24,000 nt of DNA from Idiomarina sp. (lineage in GTDB: Bacteria > Pseudomonadota > Gammaproteobacteria > Enterobacterales > Alteromonadaceae). Position 1 is the first letter of the stretch. Every line of letters begins with the position of its first letter. The stretch covers positions 9,431 to 33,430 of the forward strand of contig JAFIFP010000013.1 of the NCBI GenBank assembly GCA_020831965.1, read 5' to 3'. The notes under the pieces are model-generated. The model was not told where the DNA came from and made no database searches. It was given only the letters and a program-made list of their open reading frames with translations. The translations under genes and the position numbers were made by a program. Positions 13,943 through 22,820 of this stretch are shown here, one piece after another.

Positions 13943-16597
13943 ATGCGCAGCAATAGTTTTCATGATCGAGAAGGCGAAGCAATTGGCGCTGCACTTGAGA
14001 CCGACCTAACTCATGGGCTAACACAAGCCCAAGTGCATGCACGACTATCTGAATACGGTGAGAACAAGTTACCCGAACGCCGCCCTGAACCCACTTGGCA
14101 GCGTCTCTTCCGTCAATTTCATAACTTGTTGATTTATGTTTTGCTGGTCGCAGCTAGCCTTGCGGGAATACTCCAAGAGTTTATCGACATGGGGGTTATT
14201 CTCGCCGTAGTTGTCGTTAATGTAATCATCGGGTTTGTCCAAGAAGGCCGAGCCGAAAAAGCGTTACGCGCCATTCAAGGGCTCCTCTCAAGCCAGGCCA
14301 CTGTCGTTCGAGATAGGCGTCGCCAACGCATTAACTCCACTCATTTGGTTCCCGGCGATTTAGTTATTCTAGAAGCTGGAGACCGTGTCCCAGCAGACTT
14401 ACGCCTTATCAAGGTTCGTAACCTAGCACTGCAAGAATCGGCATTAACAGGTGAGTCAATGCCGGTGGAAAAACAAACCGGAAGCCTCGCTGCTGATACG
14501 CCTTTAGCTGCACGCTCCAATTTGGCGTTTTCCGGCACACTCGTAACCCAAGGACAAGGTATTGGCATCGCTTACGGGACTGCTGAATCGACCGAGCTCG
14601 GCCGAATTAACCAGATGTTGACGCAGGTGAGTGAGCTGACTACACCACTTCTGCAACAGATGGCAAGATTTGCACGAATACTCACGTTTATAATTCTCTC
14701 CCTCGCCACCTTGGTGTTTGTCCTGGGCTGGTGGCGAGGCTACGAGTTGATGTACTTATTTATGGCGGTCGTCAGCCTAGTTGTCGCCGCAATTCCAGAG
14801 GGACTTCCGACCATCCTGACCGTTGCTTTGGCGATTGGTGTGATTCGAATGGCCAAGCGCCGAGCCATTATTCGCCGCTTACCTGCGGTTGAAACCTTAG
14901 GCGCGGTATCCGTGATTTGCTCTGACAAGACAGGCACCCTGACGCGTAACGAAATGACCGTCACTACCATTGCCACGCCCAGTGGCGAAAGCACAGTAAC
15001 GGGCGTAGGATACGCTCCCTCTGGCACCATTAGCGAGTCTCCTGAGCAAGATCAAGAAACCCTCACTTGGCTATTTCGCACCGCCGCACTCTGTAACGAC
15101 GCTTCGCTAACAAAAAAAGGTGAGCATTGGCAAGTCGATGGCGACCCCATGGAAGGCGCTCTTCTAAGTGTCGCCATGAAAGCAAAAACCCAGTTAGAAG
15201 CCCTCAGTGCAAGTTGGCCACGCGTCGATGTTATACCATTCGACTCTCGGTATAAGTTCATGGCGACCCTGCATCAAACGCCAGCAGGCAATTGGGTCGC
15301 TTTAATTAAAGGTGCTCCAGAGGCAGTTCTTGGTTTATGTGACGACTCGTCAGATTGGTCCACTCGAATCGCTAGTATTGCTGAGAGAGGTGAGCGCGTG
15401 CTCGGCTTCGGATATGCAGAATTCAGCGAGCGCCCCAACCAATTGCAGACGGAACATCTTCGCGGTAAATCCACATTTCTTGGCTTGATGGGGTTTATTG
15501 ATCCACCGCGCGAAGAAGCCAAAGAAGCCATACGAGCCTGCAAATCTGCTGGAGTGCGAGTGGTCATGATTACCGGTGACCACCAGATTACCGCACAGGC
15601 TATTGGTCGCGATTTAGGATTAACGACAGAACATGGCGTACTTACTGGCTCAGAGCTCGATCAACTTGACGATACAGAACTAGATTTGCGCTTAGAACGC
15701 GTCAGTATTTTCGCACGTACCACCCCCGAGCAAAAACTGCGCTTAGTGACTTTGTTGCAAGCGAAGGGGGCGGTTGTCGCTATGACGGGAGACGGTGTCA
15801 ATGACGCGCCAGCTCTTAAAAGAGCAGATATCGGGATTGCCATGGGATTGAAGGGCACCGACGCGGCTCGCGAGTCCAGTGAAATGGTACTCACTGACGA
15901 TAACTTTGCCACCATAGTGAACGCAGTTCGTGAAGGCCGTACCGTTTACGACAACCTAAAGAAAGCAATCGCGTTCTTATTACCCGTCAATGGAGGTGAA
16001 TCTTTAGCCATCATACTCGCGCTACTCTTGGCACTGACTCTCCCTATTCTGCCTCTGCAGATTCTCTGGGTAAATATGGTCAGCTCCATCGCGCTTGCAC
16101 TCGCCTTAGCATTCGAAGTTGCCGAGAAGGATGTCATGAATCGTCCCCCTCGCACTCCCCGCGAGCCATTACTTTCAGGATTTCTGCTCTGGCGTGTCAT
16201 TTTGGTTTCCATCCTATTTACTATCGGTATCTTTGGTGTCTTCGAATGGGCTCTTGCGCAGGGTGCTGATGACGCCTATGCGCGTACTATGGCCGTTAAT
16301 ACGCTCGTAGCGATGGAAGTGTGGTACCTCTTCAGCGTGCGTTACCTTCGCCGAGGTTCATTCTTTAAGGAGGGATTAAAAGGCAATGGACCTGTCTTGT
16401 TAGCAGTCAGCCTTGTGTTCCTGTTACAACTGGCTTTTACTTACGCGCCGCCACTGCAGCAGCTTTTCAGTACAGCAAGCCTAAGCTTGGCTCATGGCTT
16501 TATTTGCGTGAGCATTGGCGTCGGGGTGTTCGTGATACTTGAGGTTGAGAAAGCGCTATTTGGGCGACTCCGAACTCGACCTCAGTCGCCTGGCTGA
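13943..16597 (+). CDS. Cation-transporting P-type ATPase (P2-like)
   Basis: N-terminal cation-ATPase domain (GLTQAQVHARLSEYGENKLPE). Motifs TGES (ALTGESMPVEK), PEGLP (AAIPEGLPTILT), phosphorylation site CSDKTGTLTRNEM, hinge TGDGVNDAPALKRADIGIAMG. GGGAGAG RBS lies before the ATG at 13943. The transported ion cannot be read from the sequence. Confidence 0.9.
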   Translation: MRSNSFHDREGEAIGAALETDLTHGLTQAQVHARLSEYGENKLPERRPEPTWQRLFRQFHNLLIYVLLVAASLAGILQEFIDMGVILAVVVVNVIIGFVQEGRAEKALRAIQGLLSSQATVVRDRRRQRINSTHLVPGDLVILEAGDRVPADLRLIKVRNLALQESALTGESMPVEKQTGSLAADTPLAARSNLAFSGTLVTQGQGIGIAYGTAESTELGRINQMLTQVSELTTPLLQQMARFARILTFIILSLATLVFVLGWWRGYELMYLFMAVVSLVVAAIPEGLPTILTVALAIGVIRMAKRRAIIRRLPAVETLGAVSVICSDKTGTLTRNEMTVTTIATPSGESTVTGVGYAPSGTISESPEQDQETLTWLFRTAALCNDASLTKKGEHWQVDGDPMEGALLSVAMKAKTQLEALSASWPRVDVIPFDSRYKFMATLHQTPAGNWVALIKGAPEAVLGLCDDSSDWSTRIASIAERGERVLGFGYAEFSERPNQLQTEHLRGKSTFLGLMGFIDPPREEAKEAIRACKSAGVRVVMITGDHQITAQAIGRDLGLTTEHGVLTGSELDQLDDTELDLRLERVSIFARTTPEQKLRLVTLLQAKGAVVAMTGDGVNDAPALKRADIGIAMGLKGTDAARESSEMVLTDDNFATIVNAVREGRTVYDNLKKAIAFLLPVNGGESLAIILALLLALTLPILPLQILWVNMVSSIALALALAFEVAEKDVMNRPPRTPREPLLSGFLLWRVILVSILFTIGIFGVFEWALAQGADDAYARTMAVNTLVAMEVWYLFSVRYLRRGSFFKEGLKGNGPVLLAVSLVFLLQLAFTYAPPLQQLFSTASLSLAHGFICVSIGVGVFVILEVEKALFGRLRTRPQSPG

Positions 16598-17145
16598 TAA
16601 CGACGCATAGAACGAAGTTCCATTGCATAGGCGGCAGTACCCAGCTCGTTTTCTTCAATATCGATACGCAGCACGCCAGTAATCCAGTACGGATAGTACA
16701 TATCGTTCACTGAAATGTTCGTGCCACGAGGTACTTCATGAATATAGATAAGCTGGTAAGGCGGCGGTGGTGGCACATGAATGCAGGCACCGTAGTAGGG
16801 CACAAAGAAAAAGCTGCGCACGTTTTGGCGGTCATCATAATCAAGCGGCACAATATACCCCGGTAAGCGCACTAACTTACCTTCATAGTCACTTACGGTG
16901 TCCGTTGAATTCAAAATCGCATTCCACTGCGCGGCTGCGGGATGGTCCCACTCGTCGGTAAAAGGGTCTGGGGCTGATTCAGAGTAGTCATGTTCTAACT
17001 GCGGGAGTGCGTCGAGCTGCGTCATAATGTGGTCGGGAATCAAATCGATCCAATCAATGGTACGGGGCAACTGTCCCGCGACCGCAGTTGTGCTGACTGA
17101 GCAAACCATCAGCCAGAAAGCTAGCGCTCGACCTAGGTACTTCAT
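16582..17145 (-). CDS. DUF3299-family secreted protein
   Basis: Signal peptide MKYLGRALAFWLMVCSVSTTAVAG. Hallmark block: VRLPGYIVPLDYDD..VRSFFFVPYYGACIHVPPPPPYQLIYI. GGAGAA RBS. The 3' end overlaps the ATPase 3' end by 16 nt. Confidence 0.7.
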   Translation of the reverse strand: MKYLGRALAFWLMVCSVSTTAVAGQLPRTIDWIDLIPDHIMTQLDALPQLEHDYSESAPDPFTDEWDHPAAAQWNAILNSTDTVSDYEGKLVRLPGYIVPLDYDDRQNVRSFFFVPYYGACIHVPPPPPYQLIYIHEVPRGTNISVNDMYYPYWITGVLRIDIEENELGTAAYAMELRSMRRYQPGD

Positions 17146-17190
17146 CGCAATTTCTCCACAGCAGGATAGAACTTTTTGAGCGTGAGTGTT

Positions 17191-17202
17191 ATGTTATAAC
17201 AT
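17191..17202. promoter_or_regulatory. Zur-box-like perfect palindrome ATGTTATAACAT in the DUF3299/DUF1826 divergent intergenic region
   Basis: 12-bp perfect palindrome identical to the core at 67..78. It lies 16 nt upstream of the DUF1826 ATG and 45 nt upstream of the DUF3299 ATG. Confidence 0.5.
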
Positions 17203-17218
17203 TATTAGGAGGCGCACC

Positions 17219-17881
17219 ATGAAATCCTCGTCACACATCGCATCGCAACACAGTCCGTACGTTCGCTTTGAGCGTGATGACCATGTTGCTGCAGGCATAG
17301 ACCACTTAGTGTTGCCGGAAGTTCTCAACGAACATATTAACTTAGCGATTTGGCAACGCGCGCTCCCTCATGAAGTGACGACATACGCACAATTCCTGCA
17401 GCGTACTCAATGGCCACAACAAAGGTTTTTGACCACAGCGCAAAATGTTGCTGACATTCTTTCGGACGCATTACCGAGTGACAGCGCGTCAGCAGCGACC
17501 AGAACTGCGTTTATTCGCGACGTTGCCTTGCTTGCCGAAATGTATAGCTGCCTGTTCGATGTGCAAGACGTTGGCATTCGGCTCGCGCGATTAAGTACGG
17601 CGATGTGTCCTAAATTTCATACGGACAAGTTGGGTTGTCGCTTGATCACCACATATGCTGGCTTAGGCACCGAATGGTTAGCCAACGACGTGATTCAACG
17701 CACTACCAGCGGTAAAGTTATGACTTCCGTAGATGCGCCAGTTCAACACCTGAACGCTGGAGACGTCGCGTTGTTTAAAGGCGACGGTTGGGCGGATGCG
17801 GCTTTCGGGGGAATAGTGCATCGTTCTCCAGCGGTACCAGAAAGCGATGCGCGCGTGGTACTCACCATAGATGGATTCTAA
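17219..17881 (+). CDS. DUF1826-family protein
   Basis: Block MCPKFHTDKLGCRLITTYAGLGTEWL matches my recollection of the DUF1826 signature. AGGAGG at 17207..17212 lies 6 nt before the ATG at 17219. Confidence 0.6.
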   Translation: MKSSSHIASQHSPYVRFERDDHVAAGIDHLVLPEVLNEHINLAIWQRALPHEVTTYAQFLQRTQWPQQRFLTTAQNVADILSDALPSDSASAATRTAFIRDVALLAEMYSCLFDVQDVGIRLARLSTAMCPKFHTDKLGCRLITTYAGLGTEWLANDVIQRTTSGKVMTSVDAPVQHLNAGDVALFKGDGWADAAFGGIVHRSPAVPESDARVVLTIDGF

Positions 17882-17898
17882 AGGGCGGTGTTCTGGCG

Positions 17899-18339
17899 CT
17901 AGCTCGTTCCACCAAAGTTGCAGACTTCATTTGCTTCGTACCACTGGTCTCCACCACCTTCGACTTCAAAGCTTAGTTTTACCGTTGTTAGTATTGGCCG
18001 CTTTTCCGCGTTCCAATCAGTATGGGTGTAGCGCCATTTGGACAACGCGCTCATAGCCGCACGATCGAACATCCCCTTGGGATAAGATTCAAGTACTTGT
18101 GGCCTAACGACTCTACCATTCTGGCTAATACCAAATGCAAGCTCTACGCAGCCGGACGTCGAATTCACGCTCGCACTCGCTGGATAAGTGGGCGCCACTC
18201 GACTTACGACAATCCAATAATCATTGGCATTCATCGGATCCGTACTTAAATCAAGAAACTCCTCCATTGAGGAATTATTGGTACTAGCGCATGCTCCAAG
18301 AGCGAGCAGTGGAAATAGAGCGATTAACTTCCTTTTCAT
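17899..18339 (-). CDS. Lipoprotein with TonB C-terminal-type domain
   Basis: Lipobox LLALGAC. C-terminal APTYPASA....GCVELAFGISQNGRVVRPQVLESYPKGMFDRAAMSALSKWRY resembles TonB_C. GGAGG RBS. Confidence 0.65.
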   Translation of the reverse strand: MKRKLIALFPLLALGACASTNNSSMEEFLDLSTDPMNANDYWIVVSRVAPTYPASASVNSTSGCVELAFGISQNGRVVRPQVLESYPKGMFDRAAMSALSKWRYTHTDWNAEKRPILTTVKLSFEVEGGGDQWYEANEVCNFGGTS

Positions 18340-18392
18340 GAGGCCTCCATGGTCTCTTTATTCGTATTTTTATTTTCTAACTACTTAAATGC

Positions 18393-18821
18393 TTACTGCC
18401 CCTGAGTGTTTTGGAGCTTCGAACCCAACCAAATTGCCAACCAGGCCATCGGAATGTACGCAATCACTAAATCTAATGTAATGAACCACAGCGGAGCAGG
18501 AACCATAAGGCTTGCAGCAATACCACCCATTAAAAAGAACGCACCAACCCCATAGGCAAGTTGCGTCTTGTAAGAGGTCGCAATCAAATATGCCACAAGA
18601 CTACCAACAAGGGTACCTATGGCATGAGCCAGAAATGGCGCCAGAAAATGCCGAGGTTCAAGCAAAGGCATGGCTTGTGCCACCCCCTCTGCGGTAGTCA
18701 TATCCACACCCTCGGGTGGTGGAATCAGGATAGGCCCAAACGTCACGATAACCATGTTGAGGCCACCACCGAGAATGACGCCGAGTAAAATAGCAAAGGC
18801 ATTTCGAATGAACACAGGCAT
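18393..18821 (-). CDS. Hypothetical integral membrane protein (about 4 TM)
   Basis: Long ORF with clear hydrophobic segments. GAGGAA RBS. Tightly spaced with flanking same-strand genes. No family recognised. Confidence 0.55.
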   Translation of the reverse strand: MPVFIRNAFAILLGVILGGGLNMVIVTFGPILIPPPEGVDMTTAEGVAQAMPLLEPRHFLAPFLAHAIGTLVGSLVAYLIATSYKTQLAYGVGAFFLMGGIAASLMVPAPLWFITLDLVIAYIPMAWLAIWLGSKLQNTQGQ

Positions 18822-18849
18822 GGTAATTCCTCACATTAAGTGGGCTCAG

Positions 18850-19161
18850 TTATAGCACTAACCAGAACAATAATGCACCCCAATACACCAAGGCGAGGAT
18901 AGCGTTAGCCAAGCATAAAAAGTAATCCTGCCAGCCATGCAAGCCGTAATCCTCCCGCGCTTTTGCACGCAGAAGCTGCAATGAGGATAAAGTCGAAAAT
19001 AGCATGGAGGCGAAGAGCAGCGGGACACACAGCATCACCATGAGTAACGCCGCACCCTGGTTCTCGGTCGCGGCACTATGACTTGCCTGAGTTTGAATTA
19101 GCCATGCTAAACCCACGGCTATGGCCGCAGTAATTAGGGCAATTCGTTGAATTTCTCGCAT
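18850..19161 (-). CDS. Hypothetical small membrane protein (about 3 TM)
   Basis: Hydrophobic ORF; first gene of the same-strand trio 19161->17899. No family recognised. Confidence 0.45.
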   Translation of the reverse strand: MREIQRIALITAAIAVGLAWLIQTQASHSAATENQGAALLMVMLCVPLLFASMLFSTLSSLQLLRAKAREDYGLHGWQDYFLCLANAILALVYWGALLFWLVL

Positions 19162-19304
19162 GAATTCATGACTTCTTGGTATTTGCTCTTCAAGCTAATG
19201 CTTGTCTTTATATCACTATTCGCTATATCAAATAGAAATTGGATCGTTCTCGCCCTTCACCATAGCTCATATACTGCTGACTGGTCATAACTAGAGCGCA
19301 ATCG

Positions 19305-20309
19305 ATGAGTAGCCCATCACTACCGATTCTTGATTATTCCGCACTATTAGCGGGCGGCACACGTAAAGCCGCCTTTTTACGTGAGCTTGCTGAAGCGGCA
19401 AGAACAGTTGGGTTCTTTTACCTGCGTGGTCATGGCCTGTGTGAGAAACAACGCGAAGTGCTGACGCAAGCGCAGCACTTTTTAGCGTTGTCCCCGATTG
19501 AGAAAGAGCGCGTGCACATGCGTTATTCACCGCACTTTCGGGGTTATACCGAAGTACTTGGTGAGCTAACCCAGGGACAGCCTGACCGCCGTGAGCAATT
19601 CGATATTATGGATGAGAGTTTGGCAGTATCTCCCCATGCTGGCGATGCCCCTTGGCTTAAACTGTATGGCCCGAATCAATGGCCGAGCATGCTGCCCTTA
19701 TTCAAGCCAACAGTGCTCGGTTATCAGCAGGCGCTGACCGCACTCACCACGGATCTTATTCGAGCTTTTGCCGAGTCGTTAAAACAACCTGCCAATAGTT
19801 TTGATGCCACACTTGAGCAGCCCTATACCCATATGAAGCTCATTCGTTATCCCGGGGCAACGCCACAACAAGACGCTTCTCGTCAAGGCGTGGGAGCGCA
19901 TAAAGATCCGGGATACATCACGATAGTGACTCAAGACGAACAATCGGGGTTAGAAGTACTAAGAGACGGCCAAGGCTGGGTTGCTGTCCCACCACTAGAA
20001 GGTGCCGTTGTGGTTAATATTGGCGAGTTACTTGAGTTGGCGTCAGACGGTTATTTGCGCGCTACGTTGCACCGCGTAGTCTCGCCCCCAGCCGGAGTCG
20101 AACGCTACTCTTGTGCATTCTTCATTGCGCCGCAGCTCGACAGCACAGTGCCGGTACTTGACCTGCCCGAAGCCCTCAAGGCACAAGCTTTGGGGCCATC
20201 CAGTGATCCCGACAACCCGCTACTCCATCAAGTGGGCGAGAACGTACTAAAAGGACGGCTACGTTCCCACCCGGAAGTCGCAAAGCGTTATTACCATTCG
20301 GCGGCCTAA
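19305..20309 (+). CDS. 2-oxoglutarate/Fe(II)-dependent oxygenase (isopenicillin N synthase family)
   Basis: N-terminal non-haem dioxygenase pattern (LPILDYS...FFYLRGHG). Facial-triad region: GVGAHKDPGYITIV ... ATLHRV. RYSCAFF is typical of the family. Confidence 0.8.
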   Translation: MSSPSLPILDYSALLAGGTRKAAFLRELAEAARTVGFFYLRGHGLCEKQREVLTQAQHFLALSPIEKERVHMRYSPHFRGYTEVLGELTQGQPDRREQFDIMDESLAVSPHAGDAPWLKLYGPNQWPSMLPLFKPTVLGYQQALTALTTDLIRAFAESLKQPANSFDATLEQPYTHMKLIRYPGATPQQDASRQGVGAHKDPGYITIVTQDEQSGLEVLRDGQGWVAVPPLEGAVVVNIGELLELASDGYLRATLHRVVSPPAGVERYSCAFFIAPQLDSTVPVLDLPEALKAQALGPSSDPDNPLLHQVGENVLKGRLRSHPEVAKRYYHSAA

Positions 20310-20338
20310 GCCGCCTCAGTAACTTTCTTCAACTGTAC

Positions 20339-21241
20339 CTAAGGCCGGCGACGACTTGTTGGCTTTCCCGCTGCAGGACCGCGTTTCTTAGCGAAACGAT
20401 TCGACTCTTGCGGGCCAGAACGGCGGGCTTTACCCGCTGTTTGGTTTGAACTCTTTGGCGAGGTTTTGTGTGGCGACTTTTGCTGAGACTTGGCACGTCG
20501 ATGGCCCGGGGGTGCTTCTGAAGAGGAATGCTCAATCGACTTTAGCAAGATACTCAGCTCTTTCTCATTGAGATCCCGCCATTCACCTACTTTTAGACCT
20601 TTAAGCTCTACATTCATAATGCGAATGCGTTCAAGCTTTCGCACACGGTAATCGAAATGCTCACACATGCGGCGGATCTGTCGGTTTAAGCCTTGAATAA
20701 GAATAATCCGAAACACAAAACGCGAGACCTTCTGCACTCGGCACTTCTTTGTCATTTGACCTAGAATCGGCACACCAGAGGCCATGCCGCGAATAAACTC
20801 ATCCGTAATCGGTTTGTCTACTGTGACTATGTACTCCTTCTCATGCTGGTTGCCCGCACGCAGAATTTTGTTCACTAAGTCACCGTTACTGGTCAAGAAA
20901 ATGAGACCTTGAGAGTCTTTGTCGAGACGACCAATCGGGAAAATCCGCTCCGGGTGGCGAATGAAGTTCACCATATTGTCTTTTTCTGCGGGATCCGTCG
21001 TACTAACAATGCCAACGGGTTTATTCAGTGCGATAAACACAAACTTCTCTTTGTCTTGTGGTTCAATGACCCGACCATTCACCGTCACCCGATCGGCAGC
21101 CGTAACCTTCTCGCCCATTTCCGCAGGGCGACCGTTGATCAAGACCAAGCCTTGCTCAATAAAACGGTCTGCCTCGCGTCGCGAACAGATGCCACTCTCA
21201 CTGATGAATTTATTTAAACGAACGGTCGGCATGTCAGACAT
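20339..21241 (-). CDS. rluF: 23S rRNA pseudouridine synthase F
   Basis: Near-collinear similarity to E. coli RluF as I recall it: [25 protein letters not shown] (S4 domain), [74 protein letters not shown], and a basic C-terminal tail. Confidence 0.85.
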   Translation of the reverse strand: MSDMPTVRLNKFISESGICSRREADRFIEQGLVLINGRPAEMGEKVTAADRVTVNGRVIEPQDKEKFVFIALNKPVGIVSTTDPAEKDNMVNFIRHPERIFPIGRLDKDSQGLIFLTSNGDLVNKILRAGNQHEKEYIVTVDKPITDEFIRGMASGVPILGQMTKKCRVQKVSRFVFRIILIQGLNRQIRRMCEHFDYRVRKLERIRIMNVELKGLKVGEWRDLNEKELSILLKSIEHSSSEAPPGHRRAKSQQKSPHKTSPKSSNQTAGKARRSGPQESNRFAKKRGPAAGKPTSRRRP

Positions 21242-21369
21242 GAAGTACGTAGTTCCTCGCAGGTAAACTCAGGCTCTTTATATCATAGGTGGCGTCGGCT
21301 GCGCGCCCTTAACGTTGATTACTGCTGACACTTCAATGGTGTATTGAAGCCCTTACTTGATAAAAGCTG

Positions 21370-21663
21370 TTAGTCGCCAATGTGGTAAGTGCCAATCACA
21401 GTCGTCCACTCGCGTACCTGCCAGCGCCCCACGAGCCCATGACGCACGTATGGGTCAGTCTTCGCAAAGTTCTCAGCTACCGACTTAGAGGCGCCTTTAA
21501 ACAGCAACACAGCGCCATCAACCGGGTCGGCTAACGCACCACCAAGCATCAACTCGCCCCGCTCAACCGCCGCTTGCGCTAGCGCAAGATGTTCCTTTCG
21601 AAAGGCTTCCCGCTTCTCCACATAGTTGTCCGTCAATTCACTGTATAGTAGTAAAAAGTGCAT
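21370..21663 (-). CDS. YciI-family protein
   Basis: 97 aa. Motifs: FLLLY...REAFRKEHLALA....GELMLGGAL.DP.DGAVLLF and DPYV..GLV..W.VREW. Confidence 0.75.
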   Translation of the reverse strand: MHFLLLYSELTDNYVEKREAFRKEHLALAQAAVERGELMLGGALADPVDGAVLLFKGASKSVAENFAKTDPYVRHGLVGRWQVREWTTVIGTYHIGD

Positions 21664-21703
21664 GAGCCATCTCCGCTCTAGTCATAGGATTCAACAACCA
21701 AGC

Positions 21704-21712
21704 TGATATAAT
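21704..21712 (+). promoter_or_regulatory. Extended -10 element (TGATATAAT) for the DUF2058 gene
   Basis: TGnTATAAT match about 33 nt upstream of the ATG at 21745. No good -35 is seen, which is compatible with an extended -10 promoter. Confidence 0.35.
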
Positions 21713-21744
21713 CTAATTTTTCCCACCGAATAGGAAGCAAGTCC

Positions 21745-22290
21745 ATGGCGAAGTCACTAGCCGAACAACTTCTCGGTGCTGGGTTGGTCGACGAGAAGAA
21801 AGCCAAACAACTCAAGCATGAGCGCAAGCAGGTACAGAAAAAGAAACGCCAAGGCGCATTTGTGGACGAAACCGCTGAGCGTAAAGTTGAAATTTCGCGC
21901 GAGAAGGAAGCTCAAGCGGCTCGTGACCGCGAGCTTAATAAGCAACGCCTCGAAGCAGAGCGTGCGAAAGAACTCCAAGCGCAAGTAAGACAAATGCTCA
22001 CCCAAAGCGAGCAAACCTGTGACGGCGAGATCAAGTTCAACTTTGCCGACCCGCGCTCCAATAAAGTAAAACACCTCTATGTGAACGCGAAGGTACAAAG
22101 CGGCTTAGCAAAAGGTCAGCTGAGTATTTGCGCGCTCGGTGAACAATATTTCGTAGTGCCCGCACATGTGGCTGACAAAGTCGCTGAGCGCGATCCGCAA
22201 TCCTTAATTTTCCGTGCCGCTGAAGAGCAACGCGATACAGAGGATGATCCGTACAAAGACTTCCCAATTCCTGATGACTTGATGTGGTAA
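21745..22290 (+). CDS. DUF2058 (YaiL-like) protein
   Basis: N-terminus MAKSLAEQLLGAGLVDEKKAK resembles the E. coli YaiL N-terminus. Highly charged Lys/Glu-rich coiled region. C-terminal DDPYKDFPIPDDLMW. Confidence 0.7.
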   Translation: MAKSLAEQLLGAGLVDEKKAKQLKHERKQVQKKKRQGAFVDETAERKVEISREKEAQAARDRELNKQRLEAERAKELQAQVRQMLTQSEQTCDGEIKFNFADPRSNKVKHLYVNAKVQSGLAKGQLSICALGEQYFVVPAHVADKVAERDPQSLIFRAAEEQRDTEDDPYKDFPIPDDLMW

Positions 22291-22300
22291 CTCTCTTCAC

Positions 22301-22352
22301 TTGACACTATGGAAAGTGAAGGCTATTCTTACTTTCCACATTGGAAAGTAAG
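22301..22352 (+). promoter_or_regulatory. Sigma70-like promoter (TTGACA-17-TATTCT) overlapped by three copies of TGGAAAGT/ACTTTCCA (putative operator)
   Basis: TTGACA at 22301..22306 and TATTCT at 22324..22329. TGGAAAGT at 22310..22317, ACTTTCCA at 22331..22338 and TGGAAAGT at 22342..22349. Positions 22328..22352 form a perfect 11-bp-arm palindrome (CTTACTTTCCA-CAT-TGGAAAGTAAG) just before the GGGAGG RBS. Confidence 0.5.
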
Positions 22353-22367
22353 CCTTGGGAGGCTGTC

Positions 22368-22820
22368 ATGTCATCAAATGAACATCAACAAGCAAAAGAC
22401 GCGTTACAGGGTGTTGCAGACGCAAAACGTCATGTCGCCAAAAGTTTCACACCCCCTTGGTGGCATGACCCGGTATTAGGTCTCCTCTTGGCCATGTTAG
22501 TTGTGCACCACGCAGCGCCGATGCCGTTCTACATTCTTATTGTCGCAATTGGGGTAATAGGTATCGCCCTCATTACTCGGCACTACACCAGCCAGGAAAT
22601 CTGGGTTGACGGCTGGCGCACAGGCAAAACATTACCCTACACCATAGCCTTCGCTGTCATTTACTTGATTATCTATGGTGGGAATGCCGCACTCTATCAT
22701 CTATTCGGAGTCACCTGGATTGTGCCCGTCGCTGCGATTCTGATGTTCGTGCTCACCATCGTCTTCGGGAAGGTATGGATGCATGTGTGGCGCAAAGAGA
22801 TGAATTCTGATGATGCATGA
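22368..22820 (+). CDS. Hypothetical membrane protein (about 4 TM), partner of the downstream winged-helix regulator
   Basis: GGGAGG at 22357..22362 lies before the ATG at 22368. Hydrophobic segments are present. The stop overlaps the next gene's start (ATGATGCATGA). Confidence 0.6.
   Translation: MSSNEHQQAKDALQGVADAKRHVAKSFTPPWWHDPVLGLLLAMLVVHHAAPMPFYILIVAIGVIGIALITRHYTSQEIWVDGWRTGKTLPYTIAFAVIYLIIYGGNAALYHLFGVTWIVPVAAILMFVLTIVFGKVWMHVWRKEMNSDDA

Noticed and set aside
12821-16597. SbtA-like permease plus divergent P-type ATPase as a novel coupled carbon-concentrating or ion system
   Set aside because: The only link is divergent adjacency across 177 bp. No SbtB/PII-like, carbonic anhydrase or DAB-type partner is present. 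Both families occur commonly on their own.
20300-20315. GGCGGC-CTAA-GCCGCC hairpin spanning the 2OG-oxygenase stop codon as a bidirectional terminator
   Set aside because: The 6-bp GC stem is real, but neither strand has a following U-run. Confidence as a terminator is too low to list it as a feature.
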